A program made the position numbers and the translations under genes. Below, one piece after another: positions 22,852 through 24,000 of a stretch of 24,000 bases of DNA. The notes below the pieces were generated by a model, which had not been told where the DNA came from, made no database searches, and saw only the letters and a list, made by a program, of their open reading frames with translations. How positions within the stretch are numbered: position 1 is the first letter of the stretch; every line of letters starts with the position of its first letter. The stretch is from Sandaracinaceae bacterium. GTDB taxonomy: Bacteria > Myxococcota_A > Polyangia > Polyangiales > Sandaracinaceae. The stretch is from positions 4,836 through 28,835 of the forward strand of contig JBILQT010000066.1 of the NCBI GenBank assembly GCA_044373065.1. Direction: 5' to 3'.

Positions 22852-24000
22852 CTAGAGAAGGTTGCGCGCTTTGATCTCGAGGTAGCGATTCACCGTGTCG
22901 ACCGCGAGGCTTCCGACTGGTGCCTCCACAAGCCCAACACCGCTGCGCCGAAGATGCGCTTTCACGTTGTCGCGATCGTTCAAGAGGTCTGCCGCGGCCG
23001 CACGTTCGTAGGCCTGCTCGCGCGACGAAACGGGGGATGCCGCAAGGCGTTCTGCAATCGCGTCTTGCATCGTAACGCAGACGGGAAGGTGCTTGTTGCG
23101 GATGCCCGCGAGGTGCTCGGCCAATGGCAGTGCATGCGTGTCATCCAGCAGATCCGAGAACATCACAACGAGCGAGCGACGTGGCACGCGGATGCGGAGG
23201 AACTCCACGAAGCGTCGAAAGTCGACGTAGGAAGAGTTCGCCTTCACGGCGTAGAGGGCTTCGAGAAGCACGCGGTATTGCCCGGGCCCGCGGTTGGCTG
23301 GCACGAACTTGTGCACGTCCTCCGCGAAGAGGATGAGCCCGACGCGGTCTCCATGACGCAGCGCGACCCAGGCGAGCAGGAGCGCAGCGCGAATCGTGTG
23401 GTCGAGCTTCGTCGTCGCCGTGTCACCTTCCGTCAGACGAATCGCCATCAGGCGGCCCACATCGAGCGCGAGCAGCACGGTCTGGCTTCGCTCGTCGCGC
23501 ATCACGCGCGTCACCGGCCGCAGTCGCTTGGCGCTCGACTTCCAATCGAGGTCGCGAAATGCATCGCCCTGTACGTACTCACGCAGTTGGTCGAATTCAC
23601 CACCGCCACCGCTTCGACGCACATTGCGAAAGCCGATGCTGCGCAGGTCGCCAAGGCGTGACGCGAGGTCCTGGCCGCCTGCGCCAAGCACATTCGGGTA
23701 GACGCGCACGTTGCGCTCGGAAGCGATGGTCAGGAGGCGTGCACCCAAGCCGAAGATGCCGTCGGTGCGCACGTGAAGGTCTCCGAAAACGTGATCGCCG
23801 CGCTCATGCGGGATGACCTCGTAGTGGGCCTCACGTCGCGCGAACGCGGGCACGATCACGCTCACTTCATCGGGTACGGCGCGCCATCCCGCAGGGATGT
23901 CATCGCGGATCGTGAGACGCAGCGCGCTCGACGAGGGATTGTGAATCTGCAGCGTGACGCGGTTCTTCACGCCGACGGTCATGCGCCCGTCGAAGCTCCT
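22852..24000 (-). CDS. DUF58 domain protein (MoxR-associated, vWA-like fold), 5' end outside the window
   Basis: The track ORF is 22852..23982, but the frame stays open to 24000 (RSFDGR upstream of the listed Met), so the gene is probably N-terminally truncated by the window edge. The hallmark DUF58 core is GEFDQLREYVQGDAFRDLDWKSSAKRLRPVTRVMRDERSQTVLLALDVG, followed by the vWA-like LILFAEDV...SLVVMFSDLLD. Confidence 0.85.
   Translation of the reverse strand, partial: RSFDGRMTVGVKNRVTLQIHNPSSSALRLTIRDDIPAGWRAVPDEVSVIVPAFARREAHYEVIPHERGDHVFGDLHVRTDGIFGLGARLLTIASERNVRVYPNVLGAGGQDLASRLGDLRSIGFRNVRRSGGGGEFDQLREYVQGDAFRDLDWKSSAKRLRPVTRVMRDERSQTVLLALDVGRLMAIRLTEGDTATTKLDHTIRAALLLAWVALRHGDRVGLILFAEDVHKFVPANRGPGQYRVLLEALYAVKANSSYVDFRRFVEFLRIRVPRRSLVVMFSDLLDDTHALPLAEHLAGIRNKHLPVCVTMQDAIAERLAASPVSSREQAYERAAAADLLNDRDNVKAHLRRSGVGLVEAPVGSLAVDTVNRYLEIKARNLL

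Overview
This is a high-GC bacterial chromosomal segment, roughly two-thirds G+C by eye. The protein repertoire looks Myxococcota-like: many lipobox lipoproteins, a MopE-like Cys/Asp-rich repeat lipoprotein, an AMIN-like secreted protein, a group-3 sigma factor, TPR proteins and the edge of a DUF58/MoxR-type operon. That taxonomic call is inference only.

I support about 26 protein-coding genes, mostly housekeeping or envelope functions. They are:
- a cNMP-binding protein fragment
- a tandem pair of small paralogous 2-TM proteins
- a NudC-like NUDIX hydrolase
- an S9 prolyl-oligopeptidase-family lipoprotein
- several orphan lipoproteins
- phosphomannomutase, mannose-1-phosphate guanylyltransferase and UppP
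- an M19 dipeptidase
- a FliA/WhiG-type sigma factor
- aspartate kinase
- a ComEA-like HhH protein
- a small OM beta-barrel
- a YfgM-like/BamB pair
- a TPR protein with a zincin-like tail
- a CelD/FemAB-like GNAT
- a 5'-truncated DUF58 gene

I saw no rRNA, tRNA, transposase, integrase, cas gene or obvious prophage.

The most unusual content is non-coding. There are two intergenic arrays of short repeats phased at about 42 bp, which is four helical turns. Array 1 (5454-5723) has seven CCACGA-N3-CGTGG inverted repeats spaced exactly 42 bp apart, with diverged spacers. Array 2 (19731-19924) carries the related core GTGGTTTG at 43/42/43-bp spacing. Each array starts 15-18 bp after the stop codon of a minus-strand gene and lies upstream of the next minus-strand gene. 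I cannot match them to CRISPR, to coding repeats or to a classic terminator.

Secondary observations:
- a strong hairpin that buries the comEA-like start codon
- a relatively AT-rich, structured 170-bp manC-manB spacer
- a Cys-rich DxDxDG module protein under visible purifying selection
- a TPR protein whose zincin-like domain appears to have lost its HExxH histidines

All start codons were checked by hand against the sequence. The ORF track reports the longest ORFs, including GTG/TTG starts, and several were trimmed.
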